DNA of 64,000 nucleotides. Source: a virus. Lineage: Duplodnaviria > Heunggongvirae > Uroviricota > Caudoviricetes. The position numbers and the translations under genes were made by a program. Of this stretch, positions 9,642 through 19,929 are shown one piece after another. The notes beneath the pieces were generated by a model. The model did no database searches and was not told where the DNA came from. It saw only the letters and a program-made list of their open reading frames with translations. The stretch lies in the IMG/VR virus record IMGVR_UViG_3300011947_000002, positions 1 to 64,000 of that record. One strand, written 5' to 3'. Positions within the stretch are counted from its first letter, which is position 1. The number at the start of each line of letters is the position of its first letter.

Positions 9642-9669
9642 AGGGATGTTAAACATCCCTTATTTTTTT
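9642..9669 (+). terminator. rho-independent terminator
   Basis: AGGGATGTT-AACATCCCT hairpin followed by TATTTTTTTGG. Confidence 0.65.
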
Positions 9670-9722
9670 GGACATTTATGATTTATGTTATTAATAAAAA
9701 ATTCTATAAAGGTAAGTGTGAG

Positions 9723-10025
9723 ATGGTTTCAAGACCTACACCACTTGGAAATCCATATGCGTCAAAAGATAGTAATATCGCAAAATACCATTGTGAATCT
9801 TCTGATGTGGCTGTTGCTGAATATAAACAATACCTAATAAAAGAGATTAAGTTGGGTAATAAGTATATTCTGGACGAATTGGTGCGATTATACAAGTTAT
9901 CACTCCAAGGTGATATATATCTTGGGTGCTGGTGTGTGCCGTTTAATGAATGTCATGCTGAATTTATAAAGAAAATTCTAGAAAATTTCGATCTGGTTTT
10001 GAAAATACATCCTGATCTTATTTGA
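9723..10025 (+). CDS. DUF4326-like protein (100 aa)
   Basis: MVSRPTPLGNPY ... CWCVPFNECH pattern. Start moved from 9678 (inside the terminator T-tract, no RBS) to ATG 9723 with an AAAGGTAAG SD. Confidence 0.45.
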   Translation: MVSRPTPLGNPYASKDSNIAKYHCESSDVAVAEYKQYLIKEIKLGNKYILDELVRLYKLSLQGDIYLGCWCVPFNECHAEFIKKILENFDLVLKIHPDLI

Positions 10026-10050
10026 CATATATGTTTAAAATGGCTAAGAT
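10022..10050 (+). promoter_or_regulatory. consensus sigma70 promoter TTGACA-17-TAAGAT
   Basis: -35 TTGACA 10022-10027, -10 TAAGAT 10045-10050. Confidence 0.55.
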
Positions 10051-10079
10051 GTGTATATACATTTTTGAAGGAAAAAATC

Positions 10080-10394
10080 ATGAGCGAAACATTGAAGCCA
10101 TTAAAATATTTTGAATTCGGGGATTGTGAGGAAAAAGCAAGACTGTATCCTGACACATTCGAAATTCCATCAAAACAAGAAATAGCCGATTTGAAGGTTG
10201 GTGATTACGTTAAATTAATCTTTGTCCATAGCCCTACCGAACGGATGTGGGTTAAGATTGACGCGATTTATAATAATCATTCATTTACTGGCAGTCTTGC
10301 TAATGATCCAATATTTATTCATATAGTTAAATACGGGGATCGTTTTGCATTTCATGCTAAACACATAGCGAATATTTTAAAAGATGATGAATAA
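10080..10394 (+). CDS. hypothetical protein (104 aa)
   Basis: GAAGGAAAAAATC-ATG RBS. The supplied ORF began at an upstream TTG (10065). Confidence 0.55.
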   Translation: MSETLKPLKYFEFGDCEEKARLYPDTFEIPSKQEIADLKVGDYVKLIFVHSPTERMWVKIDAIYNNHSFTGSLANDPIFIHIVKYGDRFAFHAKHIANILKDDE

Positions 10395-10470
10395 CGAGAT
10401 CGCCACGTTTACTTGCTGAAGAAAGTAATGGGTTTCGTCTATAACTCTGATTACAAATTTATGGAATAAC

Positions 10471-11049
10471 ATGCAAACATATCACTCCAAGTATTATACA
10501 ATTGTTTCTGATATATATTCTCTGAATATTAATCTGAATAACAATGATTATGAATTTATTAATTTACCTTCAATAGAACATGAACTTAGTAAAATAATCG
10601 ATATGTCCATGTTGGACACACCGCTAAGTATTGGTGTAATAATGGAGATGTTGAATTCATTATTCAATGATATGAATGCGCGCGGCCTAATTAAACCCAA
10701 ATTGGATCGTATAATTATCACCCCAACAATCGAAATTGATAAAGCACACAAGGAAAAATTTGAAAGATATAAGGCTGTATTAATGCGATCTGTATCTGAA
10801 GATTTTGGAATTGATAATACACATGATATAAAATATGTCGTTAATAGATTGACTAATTTATATTCGAAATATAAAAATGTTTTTGCGCTGCGTGTTTGTT
10901 ACAGTGATGAAAATAAATCGCAAGATCGTTTGTACTCATATATTAACAAATATGAATCTGGATTTGATAATCACGAAGAATTACTGTACAATGAATTAAC
11001 AGGGAAATATATTCTTATTGGATTAAGTTTCCGAAAAAATGATAATTAA
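10471..11049 (+). CDS. hypothetical protein (192 aa)
   Basis: Intact ORF. Confidence 0.5.
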   Translation: MQTYHSKYYTIVSDIYSLNINLNNNDYEFINLPSIEHELSKIIDMSMLDTPLSIGVIMEMLNSLFNDMNARGLIKPKLDRIIITPTIEIDKAHKEKFERYKAVLMRSVSEDFGIDNTHDIKYVVNRLTNLYSKYKNVFALRVCYSDENKSQDRLYSYINKYESGFDNHEELLYNELTGKYILIGLSFRKNDN

Positions 11050-11062
11050 TCGTGGGGTTAAT

Positions 11063-11479
11063 ATGAAAACATTAGATTTCGTTCTTGCAAATTACAACTT
11101 TGAAGCATTTGACTTGCGGGATAAAATCCGCTTGATGGCTTTCTGTGATGTAGAAATTATTGAAAAAAATGGTTGTGAACTTATCAACCCTTCAGAACAT
11201 GTTCCTTTAGAGTGGACTGAAGAAGTTATTCTAGAACAACTAAAAAACGATTTATCATTTGCTTTTGATAAAGCATTAGATAAACGTGGTATTTCATCGT
11301 TTGCAATGTTCTATGTAATCTCTATGTGGAACTACGTTCTAGATGCTGATATTGAACGCACATATGCGCAATATGGCCTACCATACTACAAAGCTACCGC
11401 TGTGCATTTCGGATTCCCAAATCCAATTGGGGATGATGTAGGTAACGAATACAAATATTCAGCGGGATCGGATTATTAA
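11063..11479 (+). CDS. hypothetical protein (138 aa; start at MKTLDF)
   Basis: GTGGGG SD 6 nt upstream. The ATG at 11039 lies inside the previous gene. Confidence 0.45.
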   Translation: MKTLDFVLANYNFEAFDLRDKIRLMAFCDVEIIEKNGCELINPSEHVPLEWTEEVILEQLKNDLSFAFDKALDKRGISSFAMFYVISMWNYVLDADIERTYAQYGLPYYKATAVHFGFPNPIGDDVGNEYKYSAGSDY

Positions 11480-11483
11480 TAAA

Positions 11484-11876
11484 ATGCGAATATTGTTCAT
11501 TAGGCAAAATACATGGTTTTCTGATATCGGGGATACTGAAATTTATTTCTTTTATCCTGATGGTATGTGGGATGATGATAAATTAATATTATCTGATGCC
11601 TTGGATAAATACCCAAAAGATAAATATGATTGGGTTGAAATAATCGAATATGATATTATTTATTTTAACTTTAGTGATATAGCTAAAGAAAAAGCATATA
11701 GATTTTACCCATTTGGTAAATGGGATGGTATTCTTTTATCTGAAATTGAAGCATTGCAGAAATACCCTGAAGATAAATATGAATGGAATTTGAATGAAGA
11801 TAAGCTTCTTCTAAGCGAAGCATTAAAGAAATACCCAAAAGACAAATATGAATGGAAAGAAATACCAGATGAATAG
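11484..11876 (+). CDS. tandem-repeat protein (3 x L-S-x-A-L-x-K-Y-P-x-D-K-Y-(D/E)-W)
   Basis: LSDALDKYPKDKYDWVEI / LSEIEALQKYPEDKYEWNL / LSEALKKYPKDKYEWKEI repeats, mirrored in the DNA. Confidence 0.5.
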   Translation: MRILFIRQNTWFSDIGDTEIYFFYPDGMWDDDKLILSDALDKYPKDKYDWVEIIEYDIIYFNFSDIAKEKAYRFYPFGKWDGILLSEIEALQKYPEDKYEWNLNEDKLLLSEALKKYPKDKYEWKEIPDE

Positions 11877-12525
11877 TAATATATCAGAGTTTTTCAAACA
11901 GTATTTTGATCAACAAAAGATTGAAATTAAAATTTTGGTTGGTCATTGTGAAAAAGGTCATTACCTGATTGTCCCTCATATGTTGTTTGGGGCTGATACA
12001 ATATTTTTACAAAAGGGTCAATCTGAATTTCAGTTAAACCGTGTTCTTGAACGCATAATTGAAAAAACAGTTATCACAAATGCAATGATTAATAAGTTCA
12101 AGGAATATCCATATCAGCATATTACTGGGCATTCAGGGAATGGTAATCATCTGATTAAGATTCATCAGATTACATTAAAAATTTCAATCGATATATTAAA
12201 TGACTGGGCGTTAGAGCGTTATAATGATGTTGCTTCATATATCCTTTTGAAACAACAGGCACATGATGCGAAAATGTATATGCGATGGGTTGAAAGTCTA
12301 CCTGTAGAAAAGCGACATACTTATTATGGGCTTAGTAAGCCTGAAAATATTGAAGAAATTCGGGATAGGTACGAAATTAGTCGCGACGCTTATGTTAGGG
12401 CACGACAAATAGCTAAGAAAAATTGTGGTTCCAAAGAATTATTTGAAACTATGATTCATCATTACTGGAAAGAACAAAATGCTAAAAAAGGTTTACTAAT
12501 TGAACTGGGTAATACTATTATTTAA
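11869..12525 (+). CDS. hypothetical protein (218 aa; start at MNSNISEFF)
   Basis: First ATG past the upstream stop, GGAAAGAAA SD. Confidence 0.5.
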   Translation: MNSNISEFFKQYFDQQKIEIKILVGHCEKGHYLIVPHMLFGADTIFLQKGQSEFQLNRVLERIIEKTVITNAMINKFKEYPYQHITGHSGNGNHLIKIHQITLKISIDILNDWALERYNDVASYILLKQQAHDAKMYMRWVESLPVEKRHTYYGLSKPENIEEIRDRYEISRDAYVRARQIAKKNCGSKELFETMIHHYWKEQNAKKGLLIELGNTII

Positions 12526-12556
12526 TTATTGAAATTGTTTATTAGGAAGAAATAAT

Positions 12557-13246
12557 ATGGGCCTTGACGCATATAAATATGAAATCGTTACTGATCCGGT
12601 TGAAATTGATGACTTAATGAAAGATTACGTAGAATCTGAAGGTTATTTATCTTTGACAAATGATTATCATGTTGTATCACGTTTTGAATTTAATCTTTTC
12701 TATCGAAATAATAATCGTATTAAAGATTTATTTGAAAAATTCTCTGATCACATTCAGAAGTATACGATTAAAGATGCGTATGATTATGATGAATTAGAAC
12801 GCCGTTATGGGACGCTTGAAGATTTTGATATTAACAATCGCAAGTACCTTCGAGAAGAATATAAATCAGTGTTAGAGGGTCTTCGTGGCGAACCGGATGA
12901 AGATGATCAGAATAATCCTGATTATGATATATTCGCAATCTATAAGAATACTGATGGAAAGATTCATGTGTTGTTGCAGTCTGATTTACCAACCTGTGTT
13001 GTTAAAGATGATATTCTCATATTCAAAGAAGTTGGGTATTGCCGCAAAACGCATAAACAAAGCATTTATAGCGCGTTTATTGGTGATTGTTGGTATGAGA
13101 ATGATAATTCTGGTTTAGATGAATCTGACGCACGTGTGTTCGTATACGGGCATGAATTGGATGATCTTAAACAACACTTCGAATCAGATTCCCCAATTCA
13201 AAGTTGGGATTTAAATGATAATGAAGTCATCTATATTTCAGCATAA
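12557..13246 (+). CDS. hypothetical acidic protein (229 aa)
   Basis: Intact ORF with AGGAAGAAATAAT-ATG RBS. The internal alternative-frame ORF 12885-13118 is rejected. Confidence 0.55.
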   Translation: MGLDAYKYEIVTDPVEIDDLMKDYVESEGYLSLTNDYHVVSRFEFNLFYRNNNRIKDLFEKFSDHIQKYTIKDAYDYDELERRYGTLEDFDINNRKYLREEYKSVLEGLRGEPDEDDQNNPDYDIFAIYKNTDGKIHVLLQSDLPTCVVKDDILIFKEVGYCRKTHKQSIYSAFIGDCWYENDNSGLDESDARVFVYGHELDDLKQHFESDSPIQSWDLNDNEVIYISA

Positions 13247-13301
13247 CTAATAGCGTGAATCCTGAATCATTAAATAAATATAAAACGATTCAGGATTTTT
13301 T

Positions 13302-14444
13302 ATGGCTACTGTTGTTTGGGATCAAAGTAATTTAGAAGTTACAAGGGATTATTACATTCGAGAAATAGTTGATTTCAATAATAAGATGATTCAGGCTGGA
13401 TTGATTGATTATAACCAAAATACAATCGCAATTACGGCACTTCAGAATAATACAACTATATTCAACCAATCACGCGCATCTACCGAAAAATTAAATCTTG
13501 GTATTGATTTGGTGAAATTGCATTATAAGCTACCTATTGGAGATGGATCGGTTAAGTTTGCTGATGTGGTTGATAGTGATTATAAAACCATTGTTGAAGA
13601 AAGTTATGATTCAACTGAATGTTATTTAAGATTTACTATAAAAATGATATTCAATAAATCCCAAAATACAAGCACTACAGCTATTAAAATTACACCTACT
13701 AACATTCCAGCATGTGCGACTATAGCATGCGATTATAATATTTCATTGAGTGATTATTTTGATATATATAATGAACAACGATCATATATTGGAAATATAA
13801 ATTATGATATTACAAAATCTTCTTACGCAACCAAGAAATCTATCATACATCTAGGGGCTAACAATCTATTTATATCATGGATGTTCCTTAGACACGAATC
13901 AACAGGTACATCTAACACAAATACAACTACAGTTCCTAGATTGGTTTTTAATTTATATAGAAAGAATAACAACATTAATGTTTTCACTCCTGATCCCCAA
14001 AGTATTGAATCCGGTTCAACATCTCCAAACGGTTATGGTTACAATCCAAAAGTATACACAGTTTTTAAATATGGAACATATTCAGCTACAACCCCAAGTG
14101 AAATACTCCAAGGGGTCAATGCAAATGCTATACTTATAAATGAAGATCGTATGGAAATCCGTTATACGTATATGAATTCAAAACTTTCAGTAGAATATAA
14201 TCCATCTGTATATAGATTATTATATAAGATTGATGTGGATTATCTGTTTAGTTTGATGAATATAATTTCATTTTATAAAGGGGAAAAAGTTAAGATGTCA
14301 TTTTTACAATATGGTAGATTTACAGACCATTTCAGATGGGCGATTTCTACAAAAGGGGTGACAGAATATAATACTAAAGGAAATACAACATCCTACTTAT
14401 TTTTAATGAATGATCATCCATGCACAACACAATCGGTAGTATAA
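13302..14444 (+). CDS. putative virion structural protein (380 aa, N/S/T/Y-rich)
   Basis: Beta-rich fibre/decoration-like composition. First of four contiguous large ORFs. Confidence 0.45.
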   Translation: MATVVWDQSNLEVTRDYYIREIVDFNNKMIQAGLIDYNQNTIAITALQNNTTIFNQSRASTEKLNLGIDLVKLHYKLPIGDGSVKFADVVDSDYKTIVEESYDSTECYLRFTIKMIFNKSQNTSTTAIKITPTNIPACATIACDYNISLSDYFDIYNEQRSYIGNINYDITKSSYATKKSIIHLGANNLFISWMFLRHESTGTSNTNTTTVPRLVFNLYRKNNNINVFTPDPQSIESGSTSPNGYGYNPKVYTVFKYGTYSATTPSEILQGVNANAILINEDRMEIRYTYMNSKLSVEYNPSVYRLLYKIDVDYLFSLMNIISFYKGEKVKMSFLQYGRFTDHFRWAISTKGVTEYNTKGNTTSYLFLMNDHPCTTQSVV

Positions 14445-14445
14445 A

Positions 14446-15510
14446 ATGAATATAAAATATTTAAATAGTTATCCAATTTATAAAGGGAATGTAAATACAG
14501 ATAGTAGTGGTGCGGCGATAGACCAAACATCTATTAATAATACTATTCTTGATTTTCATAATGCAATGATTCGTGCTGGTTTTATAAGAACTAATATAAC
14601 ACCACAACTAGATATTCAGAATATACCAGTTTTTGATTATAGGGTTAATAACACTAAAACCTATTTTGAACCAATCGATATATTCACCTACAGCCCTTTA
14701 ATATATACGTTTAATGATGAATTGAATGTTAGACATCCATTATATCTTAAATTTACATTTTCTCATAAGATGACTACTGGTAGAAATAGTAGTGCTGTGA
14801 CCAGTAAATTAAACAATACAGTATTAGCCCTATCTTGTACAATATCAAAGACTTCTACATTTGATATTAGTATAAATTTAAGTCCATTTTTCTATTATTC
14901 TAGTGCATCAGCATATTATGCTATAGTATCAGATAATAAAATTTCATTTAGTGAAATTTTGAATGATAAAAATATATTATTTATGAATATATGTCCACAT
15001 TATAGCGTTAGAGAATATAATAACACTCCTTCGACTGAAGGAGTAATGAATAATTTATTTAATATGATACTTAATAGAAAAGAGGACGGGGATGTTATAG
15101 TTTTATGTCATAATCAAGTTTCAACTCCACCGTCATCTAGTATCTCGATGGGTGGTACATGTGATGCAAGAACTTATTATTTAGATGCTGATAATACATT
15201 ATATACAGATGAATTTGGTTATTTCTTTGACTCATTTATCCAATCAAATGCTACTACATTAGATACTAATATATACAGCACACCAGCAGTTTATACTACT
15301 CAATCAAGTAATAAGCATACAGATGATATTTTAATTATAAATCGTTCATTTACTGCAAGCAAGTCGAAAAATTCATATTATAAAGTTCAAATGCCAGATG
15401 GTTCGGTTAATCGTTATAAACTTATTGGTTATCCAGCATACACTTTCAGATTTTGGGATACGGTAAAATCCGTATTAATTAAAATAAATGATCCTGTGGA
15501 AAATGTATAA
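14446..15510 (+). CDS. putative virion structural protein (354 aa)
   Basis: Same composition, tightly coupled (2-nt gap). Confidence 0.45.
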   Translation: MNIKYLNSYPIYKGNVNTDSSGAAIDQTSINNTILDFHNAMIRAGFIRTNITPQLDIQNIPVFDYRVNNTKTYFEPIDIFTYSPLIYTFNDELNVRHPLYLKFTFSHKMTTGRNSSAVTSKLNNTVLALSCTISKTSTFDISINLSPFFYYSSASAYYAIVSDNKISFSEILNDKNILFMNICPHYSVREYNNTPSTEGVMNNLFNMILNRKEDGDVIVLCHNQVSTPPSSSISMGGTCDARTYYLDADNTLYTDEFGYFFDSFIQSNATTLDTNIYSTPAVYTTQSSNKHTDDILIINRSFTASKSKNSYYKVQMPDGSVNRYKLIGYPAYTFRFWDTVKSVLIKINDPVENV

Positions 15511-15512
15511 TT

Positions 15513-17201
15513 ATGACAATTTCAAGAGTAGGCGATGCATCCTTATATTCTATATTATTAAAAAATGATATAGCAACTGATGAATTTATTGGTCAACAAC
15601 CACGGCTTACAATAGAAGATAATGATATTGGGGTTGTAAGTTACACCAACTATCCAATTTTAAATGATGAAAATATTAAAAGATATAGACCAGAATATGA
15701 TTATGCATCAATTAAATTATTTTCTTATAAAGATAAAGAGGAAGATACAAGTAAGTTAGGTGTGGTATATGAATTAATGGTAGAAATAAAAAATAATTAT
15801 TATGTGTTAGAACAGACAATATCTTCTAATGGGGACGCTGTATTTAAGAACCTTGCTATTGGTCAAAAATATTATATTCGTGCATCTGATATAGGATCAC
15901 AGTATAAAAGCCAAATGGTTGATTTCACCCCAACTGAGAAAGATAGTGAGATGGAGATTGTTTTATTAACAACTTATAATCTTGCAAGTAATGAGGGATT
16001 TTCTTATTTCTTTCTTTTAAAAAATGTGATTGATGATAATCCATATCTTTATATTGAAAATCAACCAAAACTTTATTTGTATAAAATCGATAGTGGCAAA
16101 TATGTTATTGTTGGAACCCCAAGTGATAGAGTTATAAAACTTAATATAGAACACGAAAAAGATTTGATGGTTCATCAGGAAAAGATTGAATTAACCATTG
16201 AAGGTAATATTGATCCATTAAGACCATCTAATAATATTATATATCAAGCCCCTTATAGATTACTAATGGAATCAGAACCTAATATTGATACATTATTAAA
16301 TGATGATCCCTACTATTCAAAAGTTATAGTATTATCTGAATATATGGGTGATAGAAACTCAAGCTATGTACTTTACTCATCAAAAGGTAATGAATCATAC
16401 ATTGAAGAATTAATTTATAATCACACTACTACATTTAATCTTGATGGTGCTGTTGAGTTAATTACAAACAAATTTAAGATTAAAAATATTAAAGGTAATT
16501 TGAATACTGATGATATATTAATCGCTGGCGCTGAAAGGATGCTTGTTTTAAGTTACAATGCTTCCAGTAAAGAAGTTATTGTGGAGCGTGGTATTGATGG
16601 AACATATCCTCAAAAGCATGAAATGGACACAATAATATATGTTGAACAAAATAATATTGTTCAAAATGTGTTTAATAATACCCTAACTAACTTCAATATT
16701 ACGGCGCGAAGCTTTTCAAGTGAATTGCCTGTAAATGCTATTAATAATATCCCATATACTTCAACAGGAACATTAAGTAAACCGTTTGGTGTGGCTAACT
16801 TCACTATCAATGATGAATATTTTGTTTCCCAAGATGTTCAAGGTACAGTTAATTTAAAATGGTCTAGTCGCAATAGGAAGTCTAATCGTATTATTGGTTA
16901 TTATAATTCGGATAATATAGATGCTGAAAACGGGGTTAGTTATACGGTAAAAATATTAGATACGCGAAATAATATATTAAAAGAAATAAAAAATATATCC
17001 ATTACATCAATCGATGTGGATATAAATAATATAACCAATAGTGAAATCATATTATATGTTTATGTGGTTAAAGATGGGATTGAATATAATGGATCATTAC
17101 CACATACCTGTTATATATTATTCAAAAAGGTAAATTTCATTATTCCAAGTCAAAGCACTTATATTCCGCCTGTTGGAATAGTTAATTTCAAATTTACATA
17201 A
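15513..17201 (+). CDS. putative virion structural protein (562 aa)
   Basis: Tightly coupled large ORF. Confidence 0.45.
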   Translation: MTISRVGDASLYSILLKNDIATDEFIGQQPRLTIEDNDIGVVSYTNYPILNDENIKRYRPEYDYASIKLFSYKDKEEDTSKLGVVYELMVEIKNNYYVLEQTISSNGDAVFKNLAIGQKYYIRASDIGSQYKSQMVDFTPTEKDSEMEIVLLTTYNLASNEGFSYFFLLKNVIDDNPYLYIENQPKLYLYKIDSGKYVIVGTPSDRVIKLNIEHEKDLMVHQEKIELTIEGNIDPLRPSNNIIYQAPYRLLMESEPNIDTLLNDDPYYSKVIVLSEYMGDRNSSYVLYSSKGNESYIEELIYNHTTTFNLDGAVELITNKFKIKNIKGNLNTDDILIAGAERMLVLSYNASSKEVIVERGIDGTYPQKHEMDTIIYVEQNNIVQNVFNNTLTNFNITARSFSSELPVNAINNIPYTSTGTLSKPFGVANFTINDEYFVSQDVQGTVNLKWSSRNRKSNRIIGYYNSDNIDAENGVSYTVKILDTRNNILKEIKNISITSIDVDINNITNSEIILYVYVVKDGIEYNGSLPHTCYILFKKVNFIIPSQSTYIPPVGIVNFKFT

Positions 17202-17217
17202 TAGGATCATTTTAAAG

Positions 17218-18105
17218 ATGGCAAATATCATCATTGTGACAGAATCACTTTCACATTCGGCATATAACAGAACTCAAGCACTTATATCAAGCTTGGGTCA
17301 TAGTGTAACTGGGGCTGAATCTGCTAGTGTAACATTATCAACATTGATGCAATATGATCTTATAGTATGCGTTCGTTCAACCACTGTTCTTGCACATTCA
17401 GAAGTTATTAAAGAAGCATTTAATGCTGGTATCCCCTTATTGTTGGGTGGTGTACAAGGGTTGCCTTTAGATCAAAGTAGCTCCAATTCAGCGATCACAA
17501 CTTGTGGATTTGGTGGATTTGTGAACACCCGTGAAAGAGGTATTTTTTATGCAATTAAAACTGATCCAATTCTGATAGATGCTGGTGTAACGAATATACC
17601 CACTTCTATAGCACCATATACATCACCGGATTTCGCTTTCGGTATAAGAAAAATGGATATCACCACATCTGCTGTAATAATTGTGCAAGATAGCTCTGTT
17701 AATGATGAAGTATTCATGGCTTACGCTAAGCGTGGTGATCTTGATATACACGGAAACCCTTTCCCAGCCAATATAATGTTTTGTGGGTTTTTGTATGGGG
17801 GACAGGTAGAATATACATATGTGGGTACAGAGATAGTTAGAAATGCTATAGAAGCAGTATTAAAATCAGTAGATTATATTATAGAAGGTACTGTAAAAGA
17901 TGAAAATGACAATCCTTTAGTTAGAACTATTCGCGCATACAGACGATCAGACGGAAATAAAGTCACTGAAATCAAAAGCGATGTGGGTGGTAATTACAAA
18001 ATTTACATGTCTGATGAAGATTATTACACCTTGGTTTGTTTGGATTTAAATGATAATACTAAGAATGCCGTTATCCAAGATAATGTTAAGGGTGTTTTAT
18101 TATAA
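17218..18105 (+). CDS. putative structural protein with C-terminal carboxypeptidase-regulatory-like beta-sandwich (295 aa)
   Basis: C-terminus EGTVKDENDNPLVRTIRAYRRSDGNKVTEIKSDVGGNYKIY fits the CarboxypepD_reg/Big-like pattern. The N-terminal half looks like a flavodoxin/class-I glutamine-amidotransferase-like fold (a weaker call). Confidence 0.45.
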   Translation: MANIIIVTESLSHSAYNRTQALISSLGHSVTGAESASVTLSTLMQYDLIVCVRSTTVLAHSEVIKEAFNAGIPLLLGGVQGLPLDQSSSNSAITTCGFGGFVNTRERGIFYAIKTDPILIDAGVTNIPTSIAPYTSPDFAFGIRKMDITTSAVIIVQDSSVNDEVFMAYAKRGDLDIHGNPFPANIMFCGFLYGGQVEYTYVGTEIVRNAIEAVLKSVDYIIEGTVKDENDNPLVRTIRAYRRSDGNKVTEIKSDVGGNYKIYMSDEDYYTLVCLDLNDNTKNAVIQDNVKGVLL

Positions 18106-18106
18106 T

Positions 18107-18136
18107 TTGCAAATATAATTACAAATATGATATATT
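18107..18136 (+). promoter_or_regulatory. sigma70-like promoter TTGCAA-18-TATATT
   Basis: -35 18107-18112, -10 18131-18136. Confidence 0.45.
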
Positions 18137-18166
18137 GAATCCTATACAAATTTGTATGGGATTTTT

Positions 18167-18556
18167 ATGTTTGTAATTTATGATAAAGATGTGGTAGATG
18201 ATCCGGTTGAATTGATACACTCATATATTTCTTCTGGAAAACTTTACTGCAAGTATGGAAATGAACCATACAAAATTGTAGATACTGATGAATTACGAAA
18301 TCATCTATTGAATGATTTTTATGATATACATGAAATGATTCATATTGTAGACGATGATATGATCGAGTTGGTCTATCACGATAGATATTCATGTGAATTC
18401 ATCACTTATCTGGTAAAACAATTCTGGCCGACATTACATATGGATATGATTGATGAATTTTTTGAATCAAATACCGACATGAATTATCTGGAACGTTCAT
18501 GGAGTCATACGAAACTAATATATGAAAATTCTTATCAAGTTGGAGCTTATGAATGA
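18167..18556 (+). CDS. hypothetical acidic protein (129 aa)
   Basis: First ATG downstream of the promoter. The supplied ORF began at TTG 18152. Confidence 0.5.
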   Translation: MFVIYDKDVVDDPVELIHSYISSGKLYCKYGNEPYKIVDTDELRNHLLNDFYDIHEMIHIVDDDMIELVYHDRYSCEFITYLVKQFWPTLHMDMIDEFFESNTDMNYLERSWSHTKLIYENSYQVGAYE

Positions 18557-18978
18557 GTTTTGATATCGAAAAAGAAGTAGCTAAATTTGAAAGTGTTCAT
18601 AACATCGAAGGTTATGAAAAAGATACCATATTTGCTGTCATGATGATAAAGAAAAATAAAAGCTTTATCAAAAGTTCAGTTGCGGAAAAGAATATTAAAA
18701 AACGAGTTACACATGCTACTAAACTTATAAAACAAGCATATCCTAATGCTGATACAAATATGATTCGCCGTGAACTATTTAAAATAGGAATCTTTACACC
18801 TTTCGCAACATTCATATTTTGTTGTATTGCATATGCATTATTTTCATTAGGTATTATCGCTGGCATCTGTAATATTGCAAATCAAATGGTGGATATTATT
18901 TTCGTATCTGCCTTATACCTTGGTATTTCTGGATTTATTTTTTTCATATACACCTATGAATTAGTGGAAGACTTATGA
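18553..18978 (+). CDS. membrane protein, paralog A of a three-member family (soluble N-domain + 2 TM helices)
   Basis: Shares Y-E-K-D-T-I-F-A-V / ELFKIGI motifs with the 19483 and 19930 genes. C-terminal FIFCCIAYALFSLGIIAGI and FVSALYLGISGFIFFIY hydrophobic helices. Confidence 0.55.
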   Translation: MSFDIEKEVAKFESVHNIEGYEKDTIFAVMMIKKNKSFIKSSVAEKNIKKRVTHATKLIKQAYPNADTNMIRRELFKIGIFTPFATFIFCCIAYALFSLGIIAGICNIANQMVDIIFVSALYLGISGFIFFIYTYELVEDL

Positions 18979-19481
18979 CAAATGTATATTTTCATGCGGA
19001 TGCGCATGCTGGACATAAGAATGTTCATCGCTTTCGCCAAAAGTTTGAGTCAGAACAAGAACATTTTGACTTTATTGCTGATCAATATAATTCAACAGTT
19101 CGAACAAAAGATGTTGTGTACTTCCTTGGTGACGTAGCTTTTACCAAAGAACGTTTGGCTGATATTGACAAATGGAATGGTCGGAAGATTATGATTCTAG
19201 GTAATCATGATACTGACAAAGAAGTTGGAATTCGTGATTTAATTCATGTGTTTGAAGAAGTGCATAGTTTAAAGAAATATAAATCGCATTTCTGGTTAAG
19301 TCATGTTCCTGTTCATCCAGATGAATTACGTGGGCGCTTCAATGTTCATGGGCATATACATAATCATATGATCACATTACCCAATGGTGAGTTAGATAAT
19401 AGATATTTCAATGCATGTATTGAACATCATAATTACAATGTGGTATCATATGATCAAATTAAATCACATTTTGGAATATAA
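18975..19481 (+). CDS. calcineurin-like metallophosphoesterase (168 aa)
   Basis: HADAHAGH, FLGDVAF (GDxxD), ILGNHD (GNHD/E) and VHGHIH motifs. Confidence 0.7.
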   Translation: MTNVYFHADAHAGHKNVHRFRQKFESEQEHFDFIADQYNSTVRTKDVVYFLGDVAFTKERLADIDKWNGRKIMILGNHDTDKEVGIRDLIHVFEEVHSLKKYKSHFWLSHVPVHPDELRGRFNVHGHIHNHMITLPNGELDNRYFNACIEHHNYNVVSYDQIKSHFGI

Positions 19482-19482
19482 T

Positions 19483-19920
19483 ATGAGCGATGAAATTCTT
19501 AAAAAGATAGAAAAATTTGAAAAAGAAATGGGGTCAAATTTATATGATGAAGATACAGTTGCAGCTATTGCATGTATTCAGGGTAAAAAAGCTTCTATTT
19601 TAAATTCTGTGTATGGAAATTCGTTATATAAACGGAATGAAGCTGCAATGAAAAATTTACTCTCTCATTTTCCCAAAGCAGATAAGTATATTATTGAAAA
19701 AGAATTGATTAAGATTGGTTTGCCAACTAAGAATAGCAGTAAAAGGAAATTGCGGATGTGGTTATATCTAATTATGATTCCCATCACCATTTTTGCAATT
19801 ATCCTAACATTTCCTCTTTTAAGCTATGTTTCAATATTGATATTTGGCGCGACCGCTGTGTTTTTATCTTATGTAATTTATGAAATTGCTTGCATCGAAA
19901 TTAATCATCACGGGCTGTGA
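19483..19920 (+). CDS. membrane protein, paralog B (145 aa)
   Basis: MSDEILKKIEKFEKEM...YDEDTVAAIACIQGKK...ELIKIGLP + 2 TM helices. Start moved from 19411 to the ATG right after the phosphatase stop. Confidence 0.55.
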   Translation: MSDEILKKIEKFEKEMGSNLYDEDTVAAIACIQGKKASILNSVYGNSLYKRNEAAMKNLLSHFPKADKYIIEKELIKIGLPTKNSSKRKLRMWLYLIMIPITIFAIILTFPLLSYVSILIFGATAVFLSYVIYEIACIEINHHGL

Positions 19921-19929
19921 GGTTTATGT

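Noticed and set aside
12885-13118. Same-strand alternative-frame ORFs inside longer genes (12885-13118, 7499-7693, 24120-24314, 29241-29447, 31749-32096, 35829-36090, 36433-36618, 37624-37809, 40782-40973, 41474-41782, 43952-44245, 45370-45654, 45843-46055, 46458-46640, 46690-46872, 55483-55668)
   Set aside because: They are nested in or antisense to ORFs with homology, motifs or clear operon context. No independent start signals.
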